NCBI GenBank assembly: GCA_028534125.1
Contig: CM052816.1
Location: forward strand, 12,526,001-12,590,000
DNA from: Lama glama
Lineage: Eukaryota
Length of the DNA: 64,000 nucleotides
Direction of reading: 5' to 3'
Every line of letters starts with the position of its first letter. The stretch's first letter is position 1. Below the pieces are notes generated by a model. The model was not told the DNA's origin, ran no database searches, and worked only from the letters and a program-made list of their open reading frames with translations. The translations under genes were made by a program, and so were the position numbers. Below are positions 12,621 through 26,111 of this stretch, piece by piece.

Positions 12621-14104
12621 AAGAAATGAAGTTTTAGGTATTTCAACTGATATTTTTTATGACAAACAGACAGGTGCAGATCACTCTGAAATATGAACAC
12701 AAAAAGCTCAATCACATCTGAAACTTATTTTTGACAAGAAATACTGTCATTTTGGTCCACTCCCATTACCCCTGCCACACAAAGGCCCAGCCTTCTACTT
12801 CCACCTATGAATAACCCCTCCCCACCTGGCAGCCCTAGAGAATCCTCAAAGCGTGAGAGTTTTTAAAAAAATTACAATGGATTTAACATACACGCCCCAC
12901 GGACCTGTAAAGCGATGCTTTACTACCACTCTAGAGGAAGAATCACTTCCAAGGCTGAGGTAACTAACAGTCTGTTGAAGCTCAGAAGGCTTGCATCTGA
13001 AATACAATTTCAATGACAGTTGCAGAAAAAAAAGAATGGGTTGACTAGAGAAAGCCAGTCACCCTGCTGCGGAGGGGAAGTTTGCCTGTGTTCTTAGGTC
13101 TGCTCTTCTTGACATGTCCATCGAGATTGCTAATGGCCAGCAGCCACACATCTTGTGAAAGGGGGGACTGATGCTCTAATGATGCCAATTACATAACCGA
13201 ACACTGAAAAAAAACAGGAGAGAGGAGAGACCGGGCGAATGATCGATAGAGTAATTAGATTTCCCCTCTGCATATGCAGAAATGACTTCATTATTCCACA
13301 ATATCCCGCTGCTCACTGTACAGACTTACAGCTCTTTCCCACTGGTTATAGTCAACCCAAAGGGATCCAAATTAAAAGAGACAGAACAATAAAGAAAGAC
13401 GAGGTGAGTGGGTTTTTTAATCTTTCGGTCGGTATCAAATTATGAAAAACATTCTATCCTTCACATACACCTGTGACAAAATTCCCCGTTATTTGAGAAG
13501 TATTTTATGCACCAGAGCAATTGCTTTTACTGAATTTGAGAATCTCAGACCTAGAATCAGAAAAACAGGCCATTTTACAGTTAAATTATTCTTCCCTTGA
13601 TACTGTATTTAATGTATGATAATCAGTATTCCAAAAGCTAGAATCATTTGGACTGATTCTAACCAGAAAGAAAAAAAAACAGGGTGAAGATTCATGAATC
13701 TGCTAACAGGTCCAGAAATAGCCTGGGAGTAAGTGAAGCTACAATCCACAAAAACGTTTATACTGAGTATACAGTTCTGCTGTACCAAGGATAAACCCAA
13801 AGCCACAGCTGAGGACCGTCTCTTACTCCCTACTATGAAATCCTCCCTTGTTTCTGCCTTTCACGCTTCATTTCATTCAAAAATACTTACTGTGCACTCA
13901 CTGTGACAGCATATATTCTTGTTTTGAACTAATTTCTCTTTCTCTCTTTTATTCCTTTTTCTCTTTTTACTTTTTTCTTCTCCCTGAAGCCTAATCAAAG
14001 GCCCTGAAAATCATGTCACCACAACAATAGCATTAGGGCCTCAGCACTTGACCACTATGCTAAGCTAAGTCTGCCTAACTCTTCATGTTTTAATTGTGAT
14101 GAGT

Positions 14105-14330
14105 GTGATTTGGGGTCAGAAAACCTGGGCTGGAAGCTCTCTGCCTCTAGCTCTTTGCTCTTGGACAAGTTACTTAAACTATCTGTGCCCCAATTTTCTC
14201 ATTTTCAAAATGACATAGTAATAAAACCTGCCTCATGGTGAGTGTGTAAAAATTAAATGAGAAAATGTCCCTAGTAGTACTTGGAAGAGTGACAGCTACA
14301 GAGCAGTATTCAATAAATGAAACCTATCAT
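14105..14330 (+). mobile_element. MIR SINE (near full length)
   Basis: TTGGGGTCAGAAAACCTGGG...TTGGACAAGTTACTTAAACTATCTGTGCCCCAATTTTCTCATTTTCAAAATG...AAATGAGA...TCAATAAATG. Confidence 0.8.
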
Positions 14331-14574
14331 CATTATTAGAGGCAACAATAATAAAATGAAATGTGATGAAAAAGAAAATAATGATTTGGAGATCTTTTTC
14401 TGTCTCCCTGAATTCTAACAATATTTGAAATTTCAAAAGCTACTATGATGAAGATCCCAAAAGATAAGCGTTTTTGGTGGATAAACTTCCGGGCACTTGG
14501 CTATCAAGGGACGCATCAAGATACATTTTTACTCATGATTCATAAAGTGGTAATTTTCAAATGTTGTTAAAAAT

Positions 14575-14656
14575 GAGAGAGAGAAAAAGGAAAAAGAAAG
14601 AAAGAAAGGAAGGAAGGAAGGAAGGAAGGAGGAAAGAAAGAAAGAAAGAGAGAGAG

Positions 14657-14706
<50 letters not shown>

Positions 14707-14741
14707 GAAGGAAGGAAGGAAGGAAGGAAGGAAGGGAAAGA
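14575..14741. repeat. Compound pure-purine microsatellite (GGAA/GAAA/GA)
   Basis: About 167 bp containing only A and G on the plus strand. Confidence 0.95.
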
Positions 14742-17309
14742 CCCAAACCAAACCAAAAAAAAAAAAAAACGAAATAAAAGATGACAGAGCTTCACCAAAG
14801 ACATCCTGTTCACTGGTCGGGACTACATCATGCAAGGACATTTTCCTAAGTAAAGATGGATTCCCAATCTATTAATAAGCATCTACTATGTATATAGAAT
14901 TACTCTAGAAACAAGAAAAGATAAAAGCAAAACATAACTTACGCTAAATATCCCGCTAAGGTGTTCAGAGCTGTGCTGAGGAGTCAAGGCACACACTCTT
15001 GTCTGGTTTAAGAATGTATCATCTCTCTTCTTACCTACTTAGACAGCCCACCATTGGTTTTACTGCTGGTCCTACTCTCTTTCAGTTCAATCTCCAAGGG
15101 GTTCTGATTGAATCATTTATCTGTCTAAAATTCTTCCTTCAGAAAAAAAGTCCACCTCCTTTAGCACTGCTTTCAAGGTCCTCCACCATCTAAGTGATTC
15201 TACCTGCCCTGGTCATCTTGCCTCTCTCCTTACCATGTACTCTAGTCCAACTCCCCACCACTTCCTGACCATGGTTTGTCTTTACTTTGTATCTGCTGGG
15301 TATTCCACATGGCATATCTTTCTTCTCTTTCCTAGCAAACTTCTGCTTAGTGTTTAAGATGGAGTATCTAAGAGTACGAAATCCTTTGGGAGAATTATCC
15401 TGCTTCACTCAACCACACGGCAAATTACTTATAAGCTTATTACTTACAGCTGTACCCATTACCAGAGCGTTGGGTCCTCTCTAGTGAGAAATATCTCCTT
15501 CATCTCACACCCCCTAAAATTACCATGATATCTGCCATAGCTTAAAAGATCAATAAGTATTTGTTGCATGATTGAATGCAGAATGCCAATTATTACATAC
15601 ATATTACATATATATAAAACCTTACATTGCAGATACCTTGTAGATTACAAGATGCTTCCTTCTACATTATATGAGTGAAACAGTACAAAAGCTATTGTGC
15701 CCTATTAAACAGTACAAGTGGTAAGTTGTAAAAAGTGAGTGTTCAATAGCAGTGACAGTACTCAGGAAAGGTTACCAGGATTTGGGAAAAGAGATGCATA
15801 GTAAGGATTTGAAGGGTGACAGTGAGGCAGAGATGTTTTGTGATGCAGACATAAAATATCCAGATCTACCTGGCAAAGGACTACATGGTGATATCAGGAG
15901 CCTAAGACACTTACTTCCCTGCACCTTCCAAATCAGTCCATGTCTTCTTTGATTCAGTGCTCTCCCATATGAGCGGCTGAAAAACTGTTCTGGCAAGCAC
16001 ATGCCCAGGTCATATCTGAGTGTGGTCCCAATGGAGTTCCACTAGAGTCAACCACATCCACTAGGCTTGCCCGGTTTAGAACGCTGCAGTTACATTGCTC
16101 ATGGAACAATCTACATTGATTTCTAGACTAGTCAGCCATGAATGATTACCAACCAGTTTTTCTGGGCTGCAATCCCTTTATCCACATACAATAAAACTTA
16201 ATTTTGTGCTGACAATAACAGCATTATAGATTTCTTATTTTTCTTGCGAGACAGATACTATTCATTGTATTTTTTGTTGTTGTGAAAAGTCAGATTCTAA
16301 TTTTTGTATTATGCTTAGTTGTAAATATCTCTCCTTTCCATGTAATTTTGTTTCCGCAAACCCTCTGTCTCTTTCTGTTTTTCTAATCCCAGCATATGCA
16401 CACTATCCAAAATAGTAGGCCAAGGGACACAGCTATAAAAAACAAAAGTTTATCACTTCTCAGTATTTAAGGTTGAAAAAAAATGGTGAATTAGATAACC
16501 CACTAATACATGAATGCTTTGGTTTTAGAAAAGGAATTTTCTGAAATGAGGACATTCAGATTTGATTACAAGTTTTCCAATGTCACTCTCTATAAAAATG
16601 TTGATATATCCTAACAGTAGGTAAGGGAGGCCACATAATATAGTGGTTAGTACTAGCTACGTGACTTTACACAAGTGACTAGCCTCTCTAAAACTTTTAC
16701 CTAATCAATAAAATGAGAATAAAAGTGTAGTAGTAACTTCAACATCAGAGGCATCTATGAGGATTGAAGAATATAATTTATGTGAAATGCCTAGCATACC
16801 AAATCTTTGCCATTACTTTTATCATCTTTCCCTGAATTCAATATAAAATAAAGTCAACCTTTTTTATTCCAATATGTAGGGAGAACTGCCCCAATTCCTC
16901 CCATAAAATAGTATTTTCAGGCAGGCACAGTCTCGGATGAAGAAAAATATGAAAGCTCTCCTGTTTGCCCGGTATTCCTTCATCTCCACACCTCTTGTGT
17001 CTTCTGTCTCATGTACTCTGGTGTCCTTGGTCTCATAAATGAAATCAAGAGAAATGGGCCCAGATCTCTCCACCACAGCCTGAAAGGGATTTTCCTACCT
17101 GTTATACAGGAAGCAAAGAAAAGTCACTTGTCTCACCCTCACATGCCAGTTCTTTCCAATTCACCAACATCTAGCTCCAAAGGACAGATCCTTGGCTTCC
17201 AAAGGAAGAAGGAAAGGCCCCAAGGAGACTTACCCAGGTACACTTCTCTGTTTAAAATCTAACTGTCCTAGTGAAGTAAAAGATCTGACTGAAGGAGTCT
17301 TCACATTAA

Positions 17310-17379
17310 AAAGAAAGAAAGAGAGAGAGAGAGACAGAGAGAGAGAGACAGAGAGAGAGAGACAGAGAGAGAGAGAGAG
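17310..17379. repeat. (GA)n/(GACAGA) microsatellite
   Basis: Directly visible. Confidence 0.93.
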
Positions 17380-18617
17380 GTAATAGAACATACCTGACAT
17401 AAAGGGACCTGGATTTTCTATCCAGCTTCTAGTTTCACCGACTAGACGAGTTCCTCCAAGGCATAATCAGCAATATTGTCCCCAAAGGACACTAACTGAC
17501 TTGTGTCTGCAGTTAAGTGTCTGTCTGAGCACTTTCTCTCAGACGATACACAAAAAATGAAGTGATAAAACTAATGGTGGATGTAACTAACTCTCCTTTC
17601 AAACCTAGAGGGCACCTGGTACAGTTAGACAAGTGGCAAAAGAAAAACAAAATCCAAATGGAATGCCCGTTTATACGAGCAACATTAAAGCAGAGCAGAA
17701 CATTTTGAAAGCAAAGATCAATTTAGGTCCACATGGTCACTCATCACCCATGGACAGAGGAAATTAAAACCACTGTGAGAAAGACAGAAAATGGAAAGTT
17801 CATTTAAGATCAGTGGGATCCCATCCTTCCCTGAAGTTTTGTCAGACTATTTTCATCTGGGTCATAAGGCATTACTCTAATAGAATAAGGCTGTCAGCAA
17901 AGCAGGGGTGGATCCTCTTGAATGGCAAAGTGGTCTTGCTTCCATTATTGGTCCTCTTTGAGGAAGGCACTGAAAAACATTGAAGGTTTCTGCCAAAGTG
18001 TCAGTGGTTCATTGTGTAGGACCTCTGGGCAACATCAAACAGCTCAGTGACAGAGAGAAGAAAAATGCATCACTCCATTTTATGTATTCATAACATTCTC
18101 TTTTATGTCTTGCTTCTTAAGAGAATTCTGCTTTAGCTTGTTCAATTCCTGAGACTTCATTGTGCTGATCAGAATATTGGGGGAAAAGGAGAATCAAAAG
18201 AAGACTAAAGAGATTAAACTGATCTACATAATAAAGAAGACAGTCAGAGAAAAGGATTTAAGAAATGAGCCAGAGTTGGAGGAGACCCAAGCACAGTGGA
18301 GAGCATTTGTGACAATGAGATAATATTAGAGAAGTGAAGCTGAATGAAGAAGAATTTTTAGATATTTTTCAGTATCATACAAAACAATTGCCCTGTGTCT
18401 GCTTTGACTCATTAAATAAAAATTTGTACACTTGTTTGGATAATAGACTGGTGTTGCAGCTGGGCATTAAAAATGCTAACACAGTAGAAAGCAAACTTTC
18501 AAGGAATTATGTCCCAGAAGGCATCTTAAGACTGGTGCCCTTGTAGGCACCATACCAAGCACTTAACAACCTGATCTCATACCACCATCATAATAACCAG
18601 GTATCTCTACCCAGGGA

Positions 18618-19108
18618 TGTAAGTCCAATAGTCATCACCATCCCTTCACTTTCCTCCAGTAGGCAGAGCTCATCTCCCATGACAGGTTAAATACAGCTGT
18701 TACAGATACGCAATTCCCAAGCCTTCCTTGCTTCTTGGACATGGTACGCGATCTCATCCTGGCCAATGTGATCCAAAGAAAAGTAAGCTAGGGCAGAGTA
18801 GTGGCATCTTGAAAAGGTTTTACTCCATATTAAAGGAGACTCACTAAAGTAAAAGTCTTTATCATATGTGGTATAACTGGGTATAGTATTTGAACCTCGG
18901 CAGTCAACCTGGGACCATGAGCAGAGTCATCTCTGACATGATCAGTGGAAATATGGAAAGCATCTGGATCCTGAATTGTATCACTAAACCAATCCTGTGC
19001 CTACCCTGTCTCTCAATTTCCTCTTAGAGGTAATAAACCCCTTATTATTTAAGCCTATTTTCATTGTATTTTCTCTTACTTGCAGCCAAAAGCATTCTTA
19101 CTGATGTA
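18618..19108 (+). mobile_element. Old MaLR LTR (MLT1I/J/L-like)
   Basis: TTCCCAAGCCTTCCTTGC...CTGGCCAATG...; terminal TAATAAACCCCTTATTATTTAAGCC...TTACTTGCAGCCAAAAGCATTCTTACTGAT. Confidence 0.7.
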
Positions 19109-20101
19109 GCATTTAAATCTAAAAGGTTCACTCATGGTGATATACTTCTACTCTTCATGCAGCAAGAAAAGCATTACTAAAATGTCTTAGTGGGGAGAAA
19201 AAGAAGAAAATATCACTCAAAAGTGATAAAAGAGGAAGGTGGAATTAAAGGAAGTATTGATCTTACATTTCTACCAGCATCTCCTAGGCAGGATCCCATA
19301 ACCTTATCTCTAATCACATTTGATTTAAAGCATCTCTTGGGTTTAGATGATCTGAAACCATGTACAATTATAGGAATCATGTCCCAAAATTCAGAAATTT
19401 GTTCACATTATGTCTAATATTCCAACCAGCTCTCTTTCTCTGATTCTTGAATACATGGATATAAAAATCAATCATTCACATAGGCAGATTTTATTTTAAT
19501 TTAACCATAAGGAAGACAATTCATTTAGAGTTCTTGCCTAGGCATGAAAAGAGGGTAGGGAGGGAGTATACAAAAATGGAAAATATTCCATTAGCCTATT
19601 TTTGTTAACCTTGACTTCTCAAAACATTTGCTTCTATAAAGTCTGTTCCTTTTCCATTTCTAGATAGATTTGACTTGTTTTTCTGCCAAGCAAGCCTAAT
19701 ACTCCAGAGGATGATGAGTTCCCCAGCTAGTTAGATACAGCAGTTTACAAGTCAGGTACTTAGAATGCAATGAAACTCTCCAAAGAATTGTTGAATTTTC
19801 TGGAGGATTTCTACAGCATAGACATACTTTAAAGTTTGCTTGTTTTTATGATGTCTATGGAACACTTTTACTTTTCTAATTCACTGTCCCCTTGGAGAAC
19901 CTGAAAACAAGGGGAAGGCATTACATGTGGATAAATGTTTTGATTGCCAAATACTCCCTTTGAATGGGAAATGCCAACACGTCGACCTGTGACAAGAAGC
20001 CATTTTCTTGCACAGTCTCTCTGCTCCTGTAGGTTACATAAATTTGTTTAGTTATTTATCTATTCATCCGTTCAAGTAAGTAACAAATACTCACACAGCA
20101 C

Positions 20102-21083
20102 TGTAGCAAACACTCTTGGTGGCTCCCCAGATCATATGGAGTCTACCAAGGGGATGGGTTACCATTTCTGAGCTCATTGTACTTTGATGTACTTATGCCT
20201 CCAATTTCTAGACCCGCAGTGACGCTTTGGAAAACTTCCCATAGGCACCTGGAGTTGCTCTGCACATAAGAGCAGAGAGCTTGATGTGTCTATGAGGTTA
20301 TGTTGCCATATTAGTTTTCTATTGCTGCTGTAACAAATTATCACAAACTTGGTGGCTTAAAACAATGCAAATTTATTACCTTAAAGTTTTGTAAGTTCAA
20401 AATCAGGCAGTTTTCACTTGGTGCTGCCAGGCTGTATTTCCTTCTGGAGAATCTAGAAGACAATCCATTTCCTTGCCTTTTCCAGCTTCTCCAGGCTTCC
20501 TACATTCACTGGCTCATAGACTCTCTTCCTCTTTTTTCAAAGTTCACAATATTACTGCTCTCTGTCCCTTTTTACTGTCATCACACCTCTCCTTAGCTGG
20601 GAACAATTCTTCATTTTTAAAGATTGCTGTGACTAGACCAGGTCCATTTGGATAATCCAGGATAGTCTCCTTATCTAGAAGTCCACATTCCTAATTACAT
20701 CTGCAAAATTCCCTTTGCCATGGAAGGCAATATATTCACAGGTTCCAGGGTTTAGGGCATGAAAATCCTTGGGGAGTCACTGTTCTGCCCACCATAGTCT
20801 CCACGATTCCTATTGTCAATGACTGACAGGTACAACGACTGACACCTCTCCTACCTCAGGGTGGAAATGCTCTGAGAGATGATTTACCCTCCAGAGTCTC
20901 CTGAGGCATCAGGTGACCTCTACTGGGGTTTGTCTGAATCCCACCCTTCCTTGGCTTCTTCTACTTTCTTGTTTTGCTTTTTCTAGTCTGTTACCAGTTT
21001 CTTTTGGGAGAACTTCCTTAATTAACTATTTGTACCCAAATTCTTCTCTTGGAGTTTGCTTCTAAAGAACTCTACCTAAGACA
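20102..21083 (+). mobile_element. ERVL LTR16-like solo LTR, split by an MLT1 insertion
   Basis: Starts TGTAGCAAACACTCTTGGTGGCTCCCCAGATC; ends GGGAGAACTTCCTTAATTAA...CTAAGACA. Confidence 0.7.
20307..20796 (-). mobile_element. MaLR solo LTR, MLT1C/D-like, nested in LTR16
   Basis: TATTAGTTTTCTATTGCTGCTGTAACAAATTATCACAAACTTGGTGGCTTAAAACAA ... GGATAATCCAGGAT ... CACAGGTTCCAGGG ... TTCTGCCCACCATA. Confidence 0.82.
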
Positions 21084-21915
21084 AGAGCCTTGTATGTACT
21101 AAGAAGCATGCTAGGCACTGGAACAAGGCAACAGTGACAGGTCAGGAGACTTATAAACTAACAAAAATGATAATTTTTTAATCTGTTGTTTATTGAACTC
21201 TTACTATATGTCTGTTACTTTATAACTTCCTTGTCTAATATCAGTTCATTTGCATAAATTTAAATGGCAAGTACTATTCTCCATTATTCTTTACGTGTAA
21301 GCTCCATCAAGTCAAGCACCATTTATATCCCTATGTAAACCACAGTGCTTTCGGTATAGTAAATGCAACAAATGGTAATTGAATGAAGGACTCAACAGTA
21401 CAGATAAGGAAACTGCGATGTGGAGAGGTTAAGTTTACATGTGCACATTGTGAAGAGCGAAGAAGTGATTAGAACCCAGTTCAGCAACTCTGAAGCCCAG
21501 GCTTTAACTGTGCTATTTTTGCTATTTTGCCACCTAAATCTACTTGCTCAATTCAAAAAGAACACAGCTCTGAGGAATCTATATAGAACAAATTAGGAAA
21601 GGTTTCCTTCCTTCTCTCCAAATCCCTACCCTGAAATAAAAGGATTCCTCCATAGCTAAAGGTCCTTAAGACTCTAATGAGGAACAAGCGTATTTATGAG
21701 AAATTCTATCAACTGTGGATGGATGTGCAAAATGTGAGTCAGATAATCTGATAATGCAGTAGGTAAAGAAAAACCCATAAGAAAAATAAAGTTCACGTGC
21801 AAACATGGCCACACAGAACCCAGGAACTAGGTATCTGGGAATGTGAGTGTTGTTCAACATCTCTATGCATCTTAGAAAAGACACATCTTAGACATCTAGT
21901 TAAAAAGCAAGCTGC

Positions 21916-23121
21916 GTTCATGAAAGAAACAACTGATAAACTGGACTGTATTAAAATTAAAAACTTCTGCTCTGAAAAAGACAATGTCAAGGAAGGAGAA
22001 TACAAGCCACAGCCTGGGAGAAAATACATGCAAAAGACACAACTGATAGAGGACTGTTATCTAAAATACACAAAGAACTTCGAAAACTCAACAATAAGAA
22101 AACAAACAACCCAACTTTTAAAATGGGCCAAAGACCTCAACAGACACTTTACAAAAGAAGATATTCAGATAGCAAATAAGCACATGAAAAGATCCTCCAC
22201 ATCCTATGTCATCAGGGGTATGCAAATTAAAACCACAATGACACACCTATTAGAATGGCTAAAATCCAGAACTCTTGACAATACCACATGCTGACAAGGA
22301 CATGGAGCTAGAGGAACTCTCATTCATGGCTGGTGGGAATGCAAAATGGCACAGCTCCTTTTGGAAGACAGTTTGGTGGTTCTTACAAAACTAAACATAT
22401 TCTTAGCACATGATCCAGCAAATTGTGCTCCTTCATATTTACCCAAAAAAGTTGAAAACTTCACATCCACACAAAAATCTGCAAATGGATGGTCAAAGGG
22501 GCTTGATTCTTAATTGCCAAAACTTGGAAACAACCAAGATGTCCTTCAGTAGGTGAAGAGATAAATAAATGGTGGTGCACGCAGACAATGGAATATTATT
22601 CAGCACTAAAAATAAATGAGCTATCAAGCCATGAAAAAACATAGAGGAAAATTAAATACATATTCTAAGTGTAAGAAGCCAACCTGAAAAGGTTACATAC
22701 TGTAGGATTCCTACAGGATATATACAACATTCTGGAAAAGGCAAAATTACGGAGTTTGTGAGATAATCACTGGTTGTCAGGGGTTGTGGCGAGGGATGAA
22801 TAGGTTAAACACTGAGGATTTAAGGCAGGGAAAATACTCTGTACAATACCGTAATGGTATCCAGTTGGGTGTATTTCATACATCTGTCCAATCCACAAAA
22901 TGTAAAACACCAAGAGTGACCCCTGAGATAAACTATGGACTTTGTGTGATTAAAATGTACATTTGTCAATTGTAACAAATGTACCAGTCTGATGGGAGAT
23001 GTGGATAATAGAAAGATTATGTATGTGTGAAGACAGGGGATACACATGAGAAATCTCTGCACTTCTGCTTAATTTTGCTTTGAACCTTAAACTGTTCTAA
23101 AATAATAAAGTCTTAATGTAA
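21916..23121 (+). mobile_element. L1MC-type LINE-1: ORF2 C-terminus and 3' UTR (decayed)
   Basis: ORF 21797-22294 contains L1 ORF2 motifs (IKIKNFCS, KWAKDLNRHFTKEDIQIANKHMKRSSTS); terminal GAACCTTAAACTGTTCTAAAATAATAAAGTC; residual TSD AAAAAGCAAGCTGC / AAAAGGCAAGTTGC. Confidence 0.88.
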
Positions 23122-23711
23122 AAAAGGCAAGTTGCCCTTAATTACTGAGTTATCAGCATATCTTTGGTGGGTGTCAACTGAAAATAAGTCGATAGCTATT
23201 TAAAAATTCATGATAATCTGTTTTAGGTTATTCTGTTATTATTTTTATGTTGGTGTCAGCAAAAGAAAAATAAGATATGACTTATGGGTATTCATTCAAA
23301 AAGCACAGCAGTTTTAATCTAAGAGGAGGCAGGGTTTATATTCTAGTTAAATTACGAGATAATCTTTTCAGAAACATTCAACATCATATGCAAAATGTGA
23401 CTGGCTTCTCATTTAATTACATAAAAACTGATTAATGAAATGAAATGGATATTTTGTTTTGTTAAACTATGCTTTTGTGGTTAGTTCATCATTGAAATTG
23501 GCAGGGATCTATGGGGAATTGGTATTCCAGATGCTGTCTACTAAGCAGGTTACCATTCTTCCTGCTTCATATTAAGGTTTTTATAGATGGATCAAGTTTC
23601 AGTCAAAATTATAGGATACTTAAAAATAAAATTTCAGCAACAGATAGGTCAGAGACAGAAGTTACCTGAGAATAAAGCTGCCATACATCTTAATAAGAAC
23701 AACCTTTACAT

Positions 23712-23860
23712 GGGGGAGAGTGTAGCTCAGTGGTAGAGTGCATGCTTAGCATGCATGAGGTCCTGGGTTCAGTCCCCAGTACCTCCATTCAAAAAAAATA
23801 AATAAATAAATCTAATTACCTCCCCTCCAAATGTAACAAAGTTAAAAAAAAAAAGTCTTA
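23712..23860 (+). mobile_element. tRNA-derived SINE, Vic-1 type (camelid)
   Basis: GGGGAGAGTGTAGCTCAGTGGTAGAG (A box) ... GGTTCAGTCCCC (B box), AAATAAATAAATCTAATTACCTCCCC tail, A-rich end; ACCTTTACA flanks both sides (23702-23710, 23870-23878). Confidence 0.88.
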
Positions 23861-25189
23861 AAATAATAGACCTTTACAAACAAAGATTTAAATGTCTAAA
23901 AAAGCCACCATAAAAAAATTTTGAAAACAATAAACATGGATCATTAAATGACCGGAGAAATGAGAAACAGCAGACACCGGTGTGGTTCCTTAAACGTTCA
24001 TGAAAGGAACAGATTAGAGGAGCAGCTAATTGTGGAGGTTTGAGGGTTTCTGTATCATGCTAAAATTTTTAAAAGCTTAAAATTTAAGAATTAATATAAA
24101 CTATAAAATTAGACATTCTGAAAAAGAGTCACAGACTATCTAATAGAGAGAGGAAAAACCTTAGAGGAAAGGACATGCAATGGAAATAAAAAAGGAAGTC
24201 GAGTGGTCAGAGAGTAATCTTAGCCGAAATAAGAATAGGATTCGGATGCTGTGAGAACTGTAAGAAGTGAGGCCAGTAAAGATAAAGAGCTTAGCTTCTA
24301 GTGAGTTCAGTAATGATGTGCATGGGACCTGGCCTTCTATGTCACCAAGCTTCTGTACCAACAGGCAAAGGCATTTTATGCCTTGAGCTTCTCAACTTGA
24401 GGCCAACCTGGGCCCTTGGTCACAGTTGAACACCGGCCTTCCTGGGCAGCAGAGATCTCTCCTAAAATATGTGCAACCCAGGAGCCCAGCTGGCCTTTGG
24501 ATCCTGACTCCACAGAGGGGAGATGCTGGGCAGAGATCACTGGTTACTCCAGAGAGGAAGGAAACTGAGAACTTTCTACTGACTGTGAGTCTTCCTGCCT
24601 AACTCTTGGCCCCTCCTCTCGTTCTGTTCTTTCCGTTGAAAAAAAAAACTTTGTCTTTTTTATTTCACCTCTTTCCTCTGTAACGGTAGCTTTCAAATCC
24701 CTTGCCTCACACTGAAATGCCAAACCAGCATCTAAACCTAGCAAGAGATTTATGTTAGCTCAAATATACTATCATCAAAACCGAACTCTTACCCTTTTCC
24801 ACCCAAAACAGCACTTTCAGGGCTCACCTCTGTTTCTTCTCTTTCACCTCTTGTGCAGTGCGGTGAAGTCTTCATCTTAAATCCCAACAGCCAACCGCCT
24901 TTGACCAGGCCTCCTCATCTCACACCTGGGCTACAACAGATCTCTAGATTTCAACCCTCCAACTCATCCCATGTAGAACAACCAGACCCAGTTTCCTGAA
25001 AGAATGATTTCATCAAACCAAGCTCTGCTCAGCAGTATCCTGGATGATCCAGGCTTTCGATTCTAAATTTATTACCACAGCAAGGACATCTTTACCATAT
25101 CCCAAAATACCACTCTCCTGAACTGGGCTTGCCAGGACACTGCCAACCTCTCTCATAAACCCTGACCTCACTGAACTTACAATTAAAGT

Positions 25190-25640
25190 GCTCCTAATAA
25201 TTGTTGTGTCAAATAACCCTTCAGCAATTTGATAAAGAGCCCATAAACCCTTTCTCATAGTAAAGGTATTTAAATTCATAAAATAAAATACATAGAATTA
25301 CAATGGTAACCAATTATATTAAAATTAGTTAGGATATTCTTTTAAGTCTATATAGAAGCATATAAACTCCTTCTTTGATGGGTTAAATAGCTACATTTAG
25401 CAACAGCCTATTACCCTACATTTGAAAAAGGGACCTTAGACAGTATTTCAAGAATATGAGATAACTGATGCAATGCAAAAATATTTATAATAGCTACCAA
25501 TGCCAAAGTCAGAAATACTGCTAATACTATACCACTTGGTGACAGTCATTCATAATTAAAGTTCACTATTAAATTTAAGATAATGAAAATATGGATGATT
25601 TTCTTTTCCCAACCAAGTTCCCAGATCCACTGAGTTTTAT
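25190..25640. mobile_element. hAT-Charlie-type DNA transposon remnant (MER119-like)
   Basis: ATAAAATAAAATACATAGAATTACAATGGTAACCAATTATATT resembles the recalled consensus; terminal inverted repeats are degraded. Confidence 0.5.
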
Positions 25641-26111
25641 TTCACTTTAATAGTCCCTAATCAGTGACTTTTAGGTATATCTCACTGGATCCCCTACAAA
25701 CAGAAAAACTTTCCTCTCTAAAGAAGTGTGTCATTTTTCAACATGTCATGCTCAATGCAGTTCAAGTATTCAGCAAGCAACTACTTACCACATCACCATA
25801 CCAAAGGCATGATATTAAATAGATAAAACCTGTCTTTAAAGGCCATGCAGCCTAACAAATATAATAGATCTTTAAACAAATCACAGAACTATATGCTGGG
25901 TGTCATATTAGTAGTATATGCTAAGCTCTAAGGAAGTACAAGGGAAGAGCCATAAACTTGGTGTAAAAGAGCCAAGAAGATAACGCAGGGGACAAATAAT
26001 CTGAGCAAAAGGTCAGTGTGTACAGGCATGGAGGTGAGGGATACTGGCATGGCAGGAGTTTAGCATCCTTGAAAGCAATGACAGTTTGCAACTAGTAGGT
26101 CAATCCATTCT

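Noticed and set aside
14529..14875. Lys/Glu/Arg-rich and Phe/Leu/Ser-rich ORFs
   Set aside because: Translations of the purine microsatellite; the same applies to ORFs at 7035, 17192 and 34530
21797..22294. 165-aa ORF as a functional gene
   Set aside because: Decayed, frame-shifting L1 ORF2 C-terminal fragment with a non-ATG start
23712..23785. tRNA gene
   Set aside because: tRNA-like head continues into a SINE tail with poly-A and TSD, and a second copy lies at 39197-39355
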